From assembly GCA_051532035.1 (NCBI GenBank), contig JAOPTW010000011.1:32001-96000 (forward strand): 64,000 nt of DNA, written 5' to 3'. The notes beneath the pieces are model-generated. The model saw only the letters and a list, made by a program, of their open reading frames with translations, ran no database searches and was not told where the DNA came from. How positions within the stretch are numbered: position 1 is the first letter of the stretch; every line of letters begins with the position of its first letter. The stretch is from Fibrobacterales bacterium (GTDB taxonomy: Bacteria; Fibrobacterota; Fibrobacteria; Fibrobacterales; JAOPTW01). A program made the position numbers and the translations under genes. Of the stretch, positions 27,737 through 37,120 are shown piece after piece.

Positions 27737-30700
27737 CTAATCATCACCCTTAAGAAGCGCCATAAGCTCACTCGCATTCAGTTTACCGGCCTTCGAGGTT
27801 CCCTCTAACAAACTATCCGCAAGATCCTTTTTCTCTTTGTGGAGTTCGAGGATCTTCTCTTCAATCGTCCCTTTGGCAACCATGCGATAGATGGTGACGG
27901 GGCGCTTCTGCCCAATACGATGGGCACGGTCTGAGGCTTGGTCTTCGACTGCTGGGTTCCACCAAGGGTCCATGTGAATCACATAGTCTGCCGCAGTGAG
28001 ATTGAGCCCTGAACCACCAGCTTTGAGACTGATAAGGAAAAGGTCGCCTTCGCCGCGCTGAAAGGCTTCTACTGCTTTTTTACGCTTTGCCTGGGGGACA
28101 GAGCCATCGAGGTATTGATAGGTAATCTTTTGTCGGTCGAGGTACTCTCTTATGAGGGCAAGGTGTGAGGTGAATTGAGAGAAGACCAATGTTTTATGAT
28201 TATTCTCTATCAACTCAGTTACTATGTCGCCAAAGAGATTGAGTTTGGAGCTCGGTATGGTGCTACTTGAATCAATAAGGCGTGGATGGCAACAGGCCTG
28301 ACGGAGCCGCATAATTTCTTTTAATATCTCAAGATGTTTTTGTCCTTTGGCTTTCGAAGGTTCTGCTGCGATGTTGTCGGTGAGGGCTTCTGCCTTTTGT
28401 CTCACTGCTTCATAGAGCGCCCGTTCATCGGGGTTCATCTCGACACTGAGGGTAATCTCTGTTTTTTCGGGGAGTTCGGTCAGGACCGCACTCTTGAGTC
28501 GACGGAGTATAAAGGGTGATACAATCTTTTTGAGTGAGACACGCTTCTTATGGCTCTGTTCAATGGCTATTGGTACACCAAATCGATTACTAAACTGCTC
28601 TTGACTGCCAAGAAGCCCAGGGTTTATAAGGTCGAAGAGGTTCCAGAGTTCACCGATATGGTTCTCAATGGGGGTACCGGTCGTTATGACCTTATGGGCG
28701 GCAGGGATAGACTTGGCTGCTTTTGAGCGTTTGGTGTTACTATTTTTAAGTGCTTGGGCCTCATCGTAAATAACGGTATTCCAACTCACTTCTTTGAGCC
28801 GTTTGATCTCGTTATTGAGGAGGCCGTAGGTACAGATGATGAGGTCGTACGGTTTGGCTTCAGAAATGATGGTTGCTCGATGCCCTTCACTCAGGATTAC
28901 GGGATTTAGAGTAGGGGCAAAGCGCCGGCACTCTTGTTCCCAGTTAAAGCAGACTGACACGGGTGCCAAAATCAGTGATGGACCTTTCTCGGCGACCGAT
29001 ACTAACAGTGCGAGTGCTTGGACTGTTTTACCGAGACCCATGTCATCGGCAAGGCAGGCACCAACACCCCATTCGTAGAGGGTAGAGAGCCAGTCAAAGC
29101 CTTCACGTTGGTAGTCACGGAGTTCTGCCTGAAAGGTAGAGGGGAGCACGGGTACAAAATCGTTAAGGGTTTCCATCTTTTCAATTTGCTTTTTCCAGCC
29201 AGCATTTCGGGTAGCATTGCCCGACTCTTCGAGGAGTTCCTCGACTTGAGGAAGCAGTAGGCTATTTACTTGGAGGAGGTCATCTTTTACGGTACCGAGG
29301 TCATTGAGTGCCTGAAGGTGGTTGTGGAGCTCATCAGTTATAGCAAGGTATTTGTCATTGTCGAGTTGAATAAACCCCTTGGTGGGGCTTCTGTCGAGTC
29401 GCTCAAGCAGCTCGCTCATGGCAAAGACTGTATCGGAATCTACTTTGATTTGCCCTTCAATGGTAAACCACTCTTTCTCTTTCTTTGCTTTGAGTTTCAT
29501 GCCTGAATAATCAACAACCGAAGAGAGCGTTACTGCTTTTTTGTCGGGCCACTCAACAGTTATGCTGTCTTGCAGAGGGAAGAGCTCTCTGAGTACGCTG
29601 AGGCACTCTTCAAGGTCTGTAATAGTACCTGTCTGTTGGAGCACTGCATGATTAAAGGTAGGTGCACTGTTGAGTATGTGATTGTATTCGCTTGCTTCAG
29701 TGCTCAGAGAGCGTGTGGTTACATGGGGCTTTTTGTCTATGGTGGCAAAGACTGTTTCGGCACCTTCACCAGGAGGGTACGAGGTCCCTTGGTCGCCAAA
29801 GGGCCTTACCAGTATCTCGATGGACCACCCTTCTTCTTGCTCAGTAAATCGGCAGATGAGCCCACTTTGTGGGTCAATAGGTGTTGCTTCTATCTGTTGA
29901 CCACCAATGCTACTGCCACTCTCTGAGTGTATGGTTATGGTATTGGCTACGCCATTGAGTACTTCGTAGAGTTGCTTTTCGGCAGAGAGGGGGATTTCAG
30001 TATTACTATTTTTAAAGGCCGCCGCTATCGCTTGTAGTTTGGTAGATATCTCTATGACGCCAAATCTATTTCTGCCGGTCTCAATGAGCTGTGTTGTTGC
30101 ATGGCCCATGGGTATATTAAATGAGAGCCCATACCCGGTTTCTGATTTTCTTAAGGTGAGTTCTGGCTCTGCCTTGTGGAGTTCAATAAATACGTCACGG
30201 TCTACATGATATATGTAGGGATGTCCCATCAGGGCAATGAGTGCTTTGGAAGTGTTGAGTTCATAATCTTTACCCGAACCCCAGTAGCCTCTATGTGAAC
30301 TCTCGGTAATACAGCGGCCCGCATCTTTATCTTGCTGAAGCATGTTGGGCACTTTATGCTCTTTCAATCTCTTGAGCGCAACAGCACGCCCTTTAGTCCA
30401 TCCTCCGGATTTAGTTCGTTTTTGCTCGGTTGGTACCAGATCTATTTCTTGATGGTTGTATATAGTAGACGGCGGGAGGAGCTTCCAGATAATCCTACTT
30501 TCTGGTTCATCAGATTCGAGCTCCTCAGGTTTGCCTGCTGGTGCCAAAAGTGATAACGTAGAGAGTACCTTCTCCCAGTCTTGCTGTACAACGTAGAGTC
30601 CTTTAAGTGAGCGCATATCGGGAAAACGTTTTTTGAGTCGTTTAATTTCTGCCCCATCATACTGCTTGGGGTAGAGGTCGGCAAGGTGTAATCCCAAAAG

Positions 30701-31912
30701 AGGAGCGCCATTGTCTAAATAGTCTTGCGCTAGGTGACGAGTAAAATTGGGAAGGATCGATTGTTTGTCTGATCCTTTGTAAAACCAATACCAGGTAAGG
30801 CTATTAAAGAGCCCCGACCACATGCAGGTATTGTCTATTCGAGCGATAAAGTGTTTGGGAAAGGTCTCTTTAAGCCCTCTCACTAAATGGGCAAACCACA
30901 AGCGATGCTCAAAGAAGTCATCGATATTTTCGCTCTTCTTATGATACTGCTCTGCATTAAGAGGATCGGTGATCGTTTTCAGAAACAAATAGATAATAGT
31001 GAAAGGAGTATTGGGTATTTTACTTCGTTTCTTAGTATTCTTTCGCCATGCGATAATGGTATCATCATAGAGGGCTATGGCTTTTGGGGCATCGGCATGA
31101 ATCAATGCTTGCATGGTAAAAGGGTAGAGTGTCGATCCTGTTTGGGTGTCGTGTAAGCGTAACAAGCGTTCCGCATTTTTAAGATCGCCATTGAGAAAGA
31201 GAGACAGTCCGAGCCCGGGAAGAAGATCTTGGTCTTCTTCAATCAGATGTTGTATTGGGTCGAATAACTCAGAATTAAGCAGCTTGGGCGAAAGATCGTT
31301 GAACAAATTTGCATAGTTTGTGTATCGAATTCTATAGAGGCTTAATAATAATCGATTGTGACGCGATTGTATGAATGGTTCAGTCAGGTGTTCGATGATA
31401 GTGTTCATCATATTTGAAAACTGAATATAGAGTGGGGGTGTTGCGAACTTTAGGGAGCTTACGAAGTCATCAGCATGATTGACGTAGAAGAGTATTCTTA
31501 AAAAGTAGTTGTTAAAAATGCCATTTGAAATTCCTGCAGAGTAGAGATAGTCAATACACCACGCATTTTGATGGCTTAAGCAACACTCAATCAGCGCCTT
31601 GTGGTACGAGTGCTGGGTAATATCTTCCATTAACGCATTTTTTGCACCGTCGGTCAGAGTCAATTGCGCACTAGAAACACCGTCAATCAGTTCAGGAAAG
31701 TCCGAGAGTCGTATAATGCACTCTTTAATAGTTTTGAGGGTAATTGTTCCCCACATATCCATATAGATTAAGCGAATATTCGCTATTTTCATGGATGGCA
31801 CGCCACAGATTGCCGCAATTTGAAAGATTCGGAGGTCATCCTCACTCATCTCGTATGAGGTGAGATTTATTAAGGGGTATTTGTGGTGCTTATTGAGAGA
31901 GTTTTCTGACAC
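27737..31912 (-). CDS. SNF2-family (SF2) helicase/ATPase
   Basis: 'LRDYQREG', 'LADDMGLGKT', 'DEAQ', 'TGTPIEN', 'SLKAGGSGLNL', 'DPWWNPAVEDQASDRAHRIGQ'. Confidence 0.95.
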   Translation of the reverse strand: MSENSLNKHHKYPLINLTSYEMSEDDLRIFQIAAICGVPSMKIANIRLIYMDMWGTITLKTIKECIIRLSDFPELIDGVSSAQLTLTDGAKNALMEDITQHSYHKALIECCLSHQNAWCIDYLYSAGISNGIFNNYFLRILFYVNHADDFVSSLKFATPPLYIQFSNMMNTIIEHLTEPFIQSRHNRLLLSLYRIRYTNYANLFNDLSPKLLNSELFDPIQHLIEEDQDLLPGLGLSLFLNGDLKNAERLLRLHDTQTGSTLYPFTMQALIHADAPKAIALYDDTIIAWRKNTKKRSKIPNTPFTIIYLFLKTITDPLNAEQYHKKSENIDDFFEHRLWFAHLVRGLKETFPKHFIARIDNTCMWSGLFNSLTWYWFYKGSDKQSILPNFTRHLAQDYLDNGAPLLGLHLADLYPKQYDGAEIKRLKKRFPDMRSLKGLYVVQQDWEKVLSTLSLLAPAGKPEELESDEPESRIIWKLLPPSTIYNHQEIDLVPTEQKRTKSGGWTKGRAVALKRLKEHKVPNMLQQDKDAGRCITESSHRGYWGSGKDYELNTSKALIALMGHPYIYHVDRDVFIELHKAEPELTLRKSETGYGLSFNIPMGHATTQLIETGRNRFGVIEISTKLQAIAAAFKNSNTEIPLSAEKQLYEVLNGVANTITIHSESGSSIGGQQIEATPIDPQSGLICRFTEQEEGWSIEILVRPFGDQGTSYPPGEGAETVFATIDKKPHVTTRSLSTEASEYNHILNSAPTFNHAVLQQTGTITDLEECLSVLRELFPLQDSITVEWPDKKAVTLSSVVDYSGMKLKAKKEKEWFTIEGQIKVDSDTVFAMSELLERLDRSPTKGFIQLDNDKYLAITDELHNHLQALNDLGTVKDDLLQVNSLLLPQVEELLEESGNATRNAGWKKQIEKMETLNDFVPVLPSTFQAELRDYQREGFDWLSTLYEWGVGACLADDMGLGKTVQALALLVSVAEKGPSLILAPVSVCFNWEQECRRFAPTLNPVILSEGHRATIISEAKPYDLIICTYGLLNNEIKRLKEVSWNTVIYDEAQALKNSNTKRSKAAKSIPAAHKVITTGTPIENHIGELWNLFDLINPGLLGSQEQFSNRFGVPIAIEQSHKKRVSLKKIVSPFILRRLKSAVLTELPEKTEITLSVEMNPDERALYEAVRQKAEALTDNIAAEPSKAKGQKHLEILKEIMRLRQACCHPRLIDSSSTIPSSKLNLFGDIVTELIENNHKTLVFSQFTSHLALIREYLDRQKITYQYLDGSVPQAKRKKAVEAFQRGEGDLFLISLKAGGSGLNLTAADYVIHMDPWWNPAVEDQASDRAHRIGQKRPVTIYRMVAKGTIEEKILELHKEKKDLADSLLEGTSKAGKLNASELMALLKGDD

Positions 31913-32086
31913 GTGTTGCCTGATTTCGTGGGAGAGAGCGTTATGCTAAAGATAGTTAATATTTACGGGTATTCTAGAGAACAATTTGCCCTTGGTAGGG
32001 GCTTATTTGGGGTTTTAAACCTTAAAAATAAATGATTTGTCTAGATTTAAGCCATTACAACTGCTTCCTCATTAAGGGCGATACTC

Positions 32087-32443
32087 ATGAATAAATCAAA
32101 CAGCATCTTCTCCTTTGTCATCTTTATACTCACCCTTATGATATCTATTTTTACTGCTTTTGGTACGGCGGGAATGATTCGACTGGAAGTGGCCAACTAT
32201 CACCATTACTATTGGTTTCTTGTGGCGCTCTTTGGCGGGGGTGTTATTTATTCATATGCACTGAATGATCTTAAACCACTGACCTGTGTGGCTATTTTAA
32301 ATATACCGATGGTTCTGTTGATGATAGGGGTTCTCTTTATCGATATTGGAGGCTATGACAAGTCACTCATTTTTGTGCCGTTTTTTGTGAGTCTCTCGGC
32401 ACAACTCTTTGTGGTGAGACGTATTGATGGGTATTTGAGGTAA
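32087..32443 (+). CDS. Hypothetical membrane protein (about 4 TM)
   Basis: 118-aa hydrophobic ORF with plausible RBS. Confidence 0.6.
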   Translation: MNKSNSIFSFVIFILTLMISIFTAFGTAGMIRLEVANYHHYYWFLVALFGGGVIYSYALNDLKPLTCVAILNIPMVLLMIGVLFIDIGGYDKSLIFVPFFVSLSAQLFVVRRIDGYLR

Positions 32444-32464
32444 CTAACCACTATCATAAAAACG

Positions 32465-32486
32465 AGTTCCAAAAAGGAACTTTTTT
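32465..32486 (+). terminator. Probable intrinsic terminator
   Basis: AGTTCC-AAAAA-GGAACT followed by a T run. Confidence 0.45.
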
Positions 32487-32543
32487 GAGCGACATTTAGT
32501 CCGGATTTTCCATATATTTGATCTATATAACTATGGAGAAACC

Positions 32544-33389
32544 ATGAAAATCATACATTATACATGCTTCGCACTACTATCTTTGCTGACCCTCAGTGGC
32601 TGTAATGCAACTCAATCATCTGGTACCGAATCAAGTACAACCTCAGATTTTGAATCATCGAGTACACCTACATTTGAATCATCAAGTACAGAGAGCACAT
32701 CGAGCGAAGAAAACGACGAGGGAGTGAGTTCATCAATTGAGGCCTCATTATCCAGTGAAACTGAAGAGGTTTTTACAGAAAGTTCTATAGAAAGTTCCGT
32801 ACTCGCTGAATCAAGCTTTGATATTTTATCTCGTTCGAGCAGTGAAGAAGTAGAGACAGAAGATGGTGAAAGTAGCCTCGATCTAATTGCTGACCTTTCA
32901 AGTTCTTCACAGTCAAACGAAGTAGAATTCAATGAAGAAACAGTGACACAACTGTTTAATATCGTTGGTTTCAAAGGAGTTGCAGGGGCAGATGATGCGC
33001 TTAAAAATTCCTTTACTGGAGTATTTGGCCGCTTAGATAGTAATGGGGACAATCTCATTGTACTCGATGAATATATTGCATCACCAATGTTTGATGAAAC
33101 AGCGGCAACCGGAATTTATAACGCAACCGATCGTGACAAAAATGGGAGTATTACCCTCGAAGAGTATATTGAAAATCGCATCATTACTGATGAAGCAAAA
33201 CTCATTTTTGAGGAACATGATACTGATGGTGATGGTTTTCTAACTTCAGAGGAGTGGGTGGCGAGTAGTAACTTGGATGAAGCAATTGCAGTGGCATCAT
33301 TCGAAGCATTTGATAGCGACTTAAATGGCCAGGCAACAACTCCAGAGTATTTAGTTGTTTGGGGAGCGTGGGCCCGTTCTGAATATTAG
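32544..33389 (+). CDS. EF-hand Ca-binding lipoprotein with Ser/Glu-rich linker
   Basis: Lipobox 'LSGC'; four EF-hand loops DSNGDNLIVLDE, DRDKNGSITLEE, DTDGDGFLTSEE, DSDLNGQATTPE. Confidence 0.85.
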   Translation: MKIIHYTCFALLSLLTLSGCNATQSSGTESSTTSDFESSSTPTFESSSTESTSSEENDEGVSSSIEASLSSETEEVFTESSIESSVLAESSFDILSRSSSEEVETEDGESSLDLIADLSSSSQSNEVEFNEETVTQLFNIVGFKGVAGADDALKNSFTGVFGRLDSNGDNLIVLDEYIASPMFDETAATGIYNATDRDKNGSITLEEYIENRIITDEAKLIFEEHDTDGDGFLTSEEWVASSNLDEAIAVASFEAFDSDLNGQATTPEYLVVWGAWARSEY

Positions 33390-33487
33390 TCTCAATATGT
33401 TTGCATATATCACCTACTTTATATACCCTTATACATATTCATTAAGGAACTATTCAGTAGGTTTACGTCTTATAAAAAAGGAACGAT

Positions 33488-34312
33488 ATGGAGTTGATTT
33501 ATGGCTATCTTGACTACCGAAAATATCTGAAGGATAGATTTGAGCATCTACGAAATACAGATCCTGATTTTAGTTTAAAACGGATTAACATCGAAATAAA
33601 AGCAACATCGGGTGGGTTTATTTCGAATGTAATCGCAGGACGAAAAAACCTTACCCACGCTCAAATCCCTCTTTTAAGCTCTTACCTTAACCATAACAAA
33701 AGTGAAAAACGTTATTTTGAGGCGCTCCTCTACTTTACCCGTACCAAAAAACGCGAAGAAAAAGAACACTACTTCTCTATAATGAGAAGCCTCCAAAAAG
33801 CCAACATCAAAAAGATACCTTCTGAAGCACTCTGCCTCTTTGAGAAATGGTACTATGTGACCGTCCTCAATATTTTGAGAGTACACAAGTTTAGTGGACA
33901 CTATAAAGAGCTCTCACAAATACTGATCCCCGAGATAACGGTTTCAGAGGCTAAACAGTCGATTGCTCACCTCCTCGACCTCGGTCTTATTAAGAAAGGT
34001 GGTCCATTAGGGTATACGGTATTAGATTCTATTCTCACGACAGGTGACGAAGTCCAGTCACTCTATGTAACGCCCTACCATCAAGCATTGCTCGAAACAA
34101 CTTCGAAAGCACTGCCTCGTATTCCGGCAGATACACGGGACATTTCAAGCATTACAATGACTATCTCTGAGAATACCTTTTTTAAAATCAAAGGAGAGCT
34201 CCAGCAGTTTCGCAAAAATATTTTAAATTTAGTAGAATCTGATACAGCACCAAACAAAGTATATAACATGAATATGCAATTTATACCGGTAACTCGCGAG
34301 TTGAACAAATGA
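33488..34312 (+). CDS. TIGR02147 family protein
   Basis: 'YLDYRKYLKD', 'GRKNL', 'EKWYY', 'RDISSIT', 'VYNMNMQFIP'. Confidence 0.88.
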   Translation: MELIYGYLDYRKYLKDRFEHLRNTDPDFSLKRINIEIKATSGGFISNVIAGRKNLTHAQIPLLSSYLNHNKSEKRYFEALLYFTRTKKREEKEHYFSIMRSLQKANIKKIPSEALCLFEKWYYVTVLNILRVHKFSGHYKELSQILIPEITVSEAKQSIAHLLDLGLIKKGGPLGYTVLDSILTTGDEVQSLYVTPYHQALLETTSKALPRIPADTRDISSITMTISENTFFKIKGELQQFRKNILNLVESDTAPNKVYNMNMQFIPVTRELNK

Positions 34313-35016
34313 AAACGGTACATCTAAAACTCCTATATACTCTTTTCTCGGTACTTATTGCTTTCACTTTCATAAGCTGTAGTCTCTCTGAAGACGTTTC
34401 TGGGAGTGGTGCTACAGAAGTAGGTAACCCAAAGCTTGCAAGCGTAGAAGGTGTATTACTTAATGAAGATGGAACACGCGCACCATTTATGCCATTCATA
34501 CTATCACAAAAAGATTCTGTCGATGTACCACTGTTACTCAAACAAGGTGCTATAGAGTTGACCTCTTCAGATAGTGGACGTTCATCGGTTATTGATACCA
34601 CAGATTCAGAGGGAGCATATTATGTCTCACACCTCATTCCAGGCTCATACATTCTCACCTCAAGCCCTGATACTAGCGCACTTCCTATTCGCCTAGAGTT
34701 TTCGTTAACCACACAAGAGCATAAGACTCTGGCTCCTGCATTACCACAATCACCGGGAAGTCTTTCAGTCACCTTTACCTCTCAGATACATACGGTTCAG
34801 CTCGTTACAATTCGTATCTATTCGCCTGAACAGATATACACTCATCTCTATAAAGAGTTCGATGCTACCTTTGAGAAATCTATTGCCCCTGGTACCTATT
34901 TTATACGGTTTATCGTGCCAGAGAAGAATGGAGATAATCACCTGTTTATCAATCGTACTGTCACTATTGTGTCAGGAGAAGAGAACGCCTTCCAAGTTTC
35001 AATAGACGCAGAATAG
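34309..35016 (+). CDS. Lipoprotein with carboxypeptidase-regulatory-like (prealbumin-fold) domain
   Basis: Lipobox 'FISC', 'GSGATEVGNP', 'DTTDSEGAY....L.PGSY'. ATGA overlap with the TIGR02147 gene. Confidence 0.65.
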   Translation: MKTVHLKLLYTLFSVLIAFTFISCSLSEDVSGSGATEVGNPKLASVEGVLLNEDGTRAPFMPFILSQKDSVDVPLLLKQGAIELTSSDSGRSSVIDTTDSEGAYYVSHLIPGSYILTSSPDTSALPIRLEFSLTTQEHKTLAPALPQSPGSLSVTFTSQIHTVQLVTIRIYSPEQIYTHLYKEFDATFEKSIAPGTYFIRFIVPEKNGDNHLFINRTVTIVSGEENAFQVSIDAE

Positions 35017-35195
35017 CGGTGATTTGATACATTATTGTATCCAATACCAAGATACTTAGTTGGTGGGGTAGTGCGATTACCCCATTTATAAGCAATCCTA
35101 ACAAGAGTGGTTATAAATACTCCCTGTATTCTTTGACTTTGGGTGCCGAACTGTGATATTATAAAATGGTATGATATGATTTCATAGGAGGCATT

Positions 35196-35591
35196 ATGGT
35201 TGTGCCGACAAAGCCTAGAATATTATTTGTCGATGACTCTCAGCTTATTCTTGATGCAATGAAGCGAAGATTAATATCTATCAAATCGGAATGGGATATT
35301 GTATTTTGTTCAAGTGGTTATGAGGCATTAGAATTAATGGGGGAAACCCCTTGTCTAATGGTAATTACGGATTTGAAAATGCCTGGAATGGATGGGCTTG
35401 AGTTGCTCAATACAGTAAAAGAACGCTTTCCTGACACTATTAGAGTTATTCTTTCTGGGGACTCTGACAGCGAGGCATTCCTTAAAACATGTGATTCCGT
35501 TCATCAATTTCTATCCAAGCCCTGCGATACTACCATCATAAAAAAGGTTATTGTGCATGCTGTTCATAATTTTTCGCTTAACAACCCATAG
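35196..35591 (+). CDS. Single-domain response regulator (REC)
   Basis: 'ILFVDDS', 'ITDLKMPGMDG', 'LSG', 'FLSKP'. Confidence 0.9.
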   Translation: MVVPTKPRILFVDDSQLILDAMKRRLISIKSEWDIVFCSSGYEALELMGETPCLMVITDLKMPGMDGLELLNTVKERFPDTIRVILSGDSDSEAFLKTCDSVHQFLSKPCDTTIIKKVIVHAVHNFSLNNP

Positions 35592-35839
35592 AAATATTGT
35601 AAGTAATTGAAACCTCTTTTAACTCATGTACAAGCTCTGCTAATATACCCCAATACAATTAAGAAATAGTGCAACTATTATTTCTTAAATCGTATTTAAG
35701 GTCGTTCAGTAGATGGCGTTTTTTTAATAATTTACTCTATTCAGTCAAACAAAGATTATTTTATAAAGAGTAGAGTCTTCCATTAGACTCAACAGTTATA
35801 ATTGTCGGTTCATTTTTTCAAGCATAAAAGTGATCAATT

Positions 35840-36298
35840 ATGAAACCACAAATCAGAATCGCAACCATAGATGATGTTGATACCATAGTGCCATTACTCA
35901 CAGAATTATACGATCAAGTCATTGATCTTATTTCAAATGCTGCCGCTCAAAAGGCCGGGATTTCAAAAGTTATATCAAACCCTGATTTTGGTACCGTTTT
36001 AATTGCAGAAATAGACAACCAAATAATAGGAGTGCTCAATATACAATATACCATCAGTGCCGCAACAGGTGGTGTAGTTGCAACTTTTGATGACTTGATT
36101 ATAACTAATGAGTATCAGAGCAAAGGAATGGGGGAGTTCTTGTTAAAAGCGGGAATAGACCATGTTAAAAGTATGAATATACCAAGGATATCATTGATGA
36201 CTGATTTTGACAATGACACTGCGATAGCATTTTATGAAAAACACGGTTTCTCAAAGTCAGCTATGATTCCATTTGTACTGCAACTAAAAGATGGGTAA
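35840..36298 (+). CDS. GNAT family N-acetyltransferase
   Basis: 'YQSKGMG' acetyl-CoA motif; 'N..A..FYEKHGF'. Confidence 0.9.
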   Translation: MKPQIRIATIDDVDTIVPLLTELYDQVIDLISNAAAQKAGISKVISNPDFGTVLIAEIDNQIIGVLNIQYTISAATGGVVATFDDLIITNEYQSKGMGEFLLKAGIDHVKSMNIPRISLMTDFDNDTAIAFYEKHGFSKSAMIPFVLQLKDG

Positions 36299-36391
36299 GT
36301 ATAGAAATGGGGAAGTAAGGTCAAACCAGAGGTTTACTTCCGTCTAGCATACTGACAAATAAACCACTTTAATATCTATTTTTAAGTGTTC

Positions 36392-36847
36392 CTACTCAAA
36401 ATCATCAAAGTAATCATCATAGCTAGGCTCAGGCCTCAACAGGCGCATCCCTATGAAGAGGGATTCTTCGAATGTAAATACGATGTTTAAAGAGCGGATC
36501 ATAATCTCATAGAAATCCCCTTGGTCTTCTTCTTGTAAATCGCTTATTTCTACATTGGAATGGATGATGTTTCTCACGAGCATAATGTGGTGCTTGTAGG
36601 GGATGACCTGATCAAAGACTATGACATCAGAACTCCATATATCAATTGCAGAAATTTCATAATTATTCTCTTTCCAAAATTCAAAGCTCATACGATTCCG
36701 GTGGTAGAACCAAGAATAATAGTAGCCGCTTTCTTCATCGTGTTCTACCTCTTGCGGTTCGCCGAGAGTCTTTTTGATATCTGATTTCGAACTTTCAAAT
36801 CCAATGGAGTTTACACCCCAGTTTGGTTTTATCGTATATGTTTCCAT
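36392..36847 (-). CDS. Hypothetical acidic protein
   Basis: ORF beginning 'METYTIKPNWGVNSIGF...IKKTLGEP'; start moved to ATG 36847. Confidence 0.5.
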   Translation of the reverse strand: METYTIKPNWGVNSIGFESSKSDIKKTLGEPQEVEHDEESGYYYSWFYHRNRMSFEFWKENNYEISAIDIWSSDVIVFDQVIPYKHHIMLVRNIIHSNVEISDLQEEDQGDFYEIMIRSLNIVFTFEESLFIGMRLLRPEPSYDDYFDDFE

Positions 36848-37120
36848 AGTGTGCTCTTGGTAAAAGGGCGGTGTTTTAGACAAGAATACTATGTTTTAGG
36901 GGCAGAGACCACTGTTTTGGTGAGGTTTTGTGTGGATTTAGAAGCTTTCCCATTCTGTAGTTGATACCTTTGATGTAGTTTTAGCTTTTTGGATGACATT
37001 TAGTTTGTAGCTAATAATGTCCACACAAAAAAAGTAGCTACATACTCAAGAACTCTGTTTACACCCCTGTTTTCTATCTTTTTGGACCAATATATCCTAT
37101 TTCCCTTAAAAAGAGGACAC

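Noticed and set aside
27737..31912. SNF2 helicase as part of an anti-phage system (DISARM, BREX, Zorya-associated)
   Set aside because: It is a stand-alone gene with no methylase, nuclease or other defence neighbours
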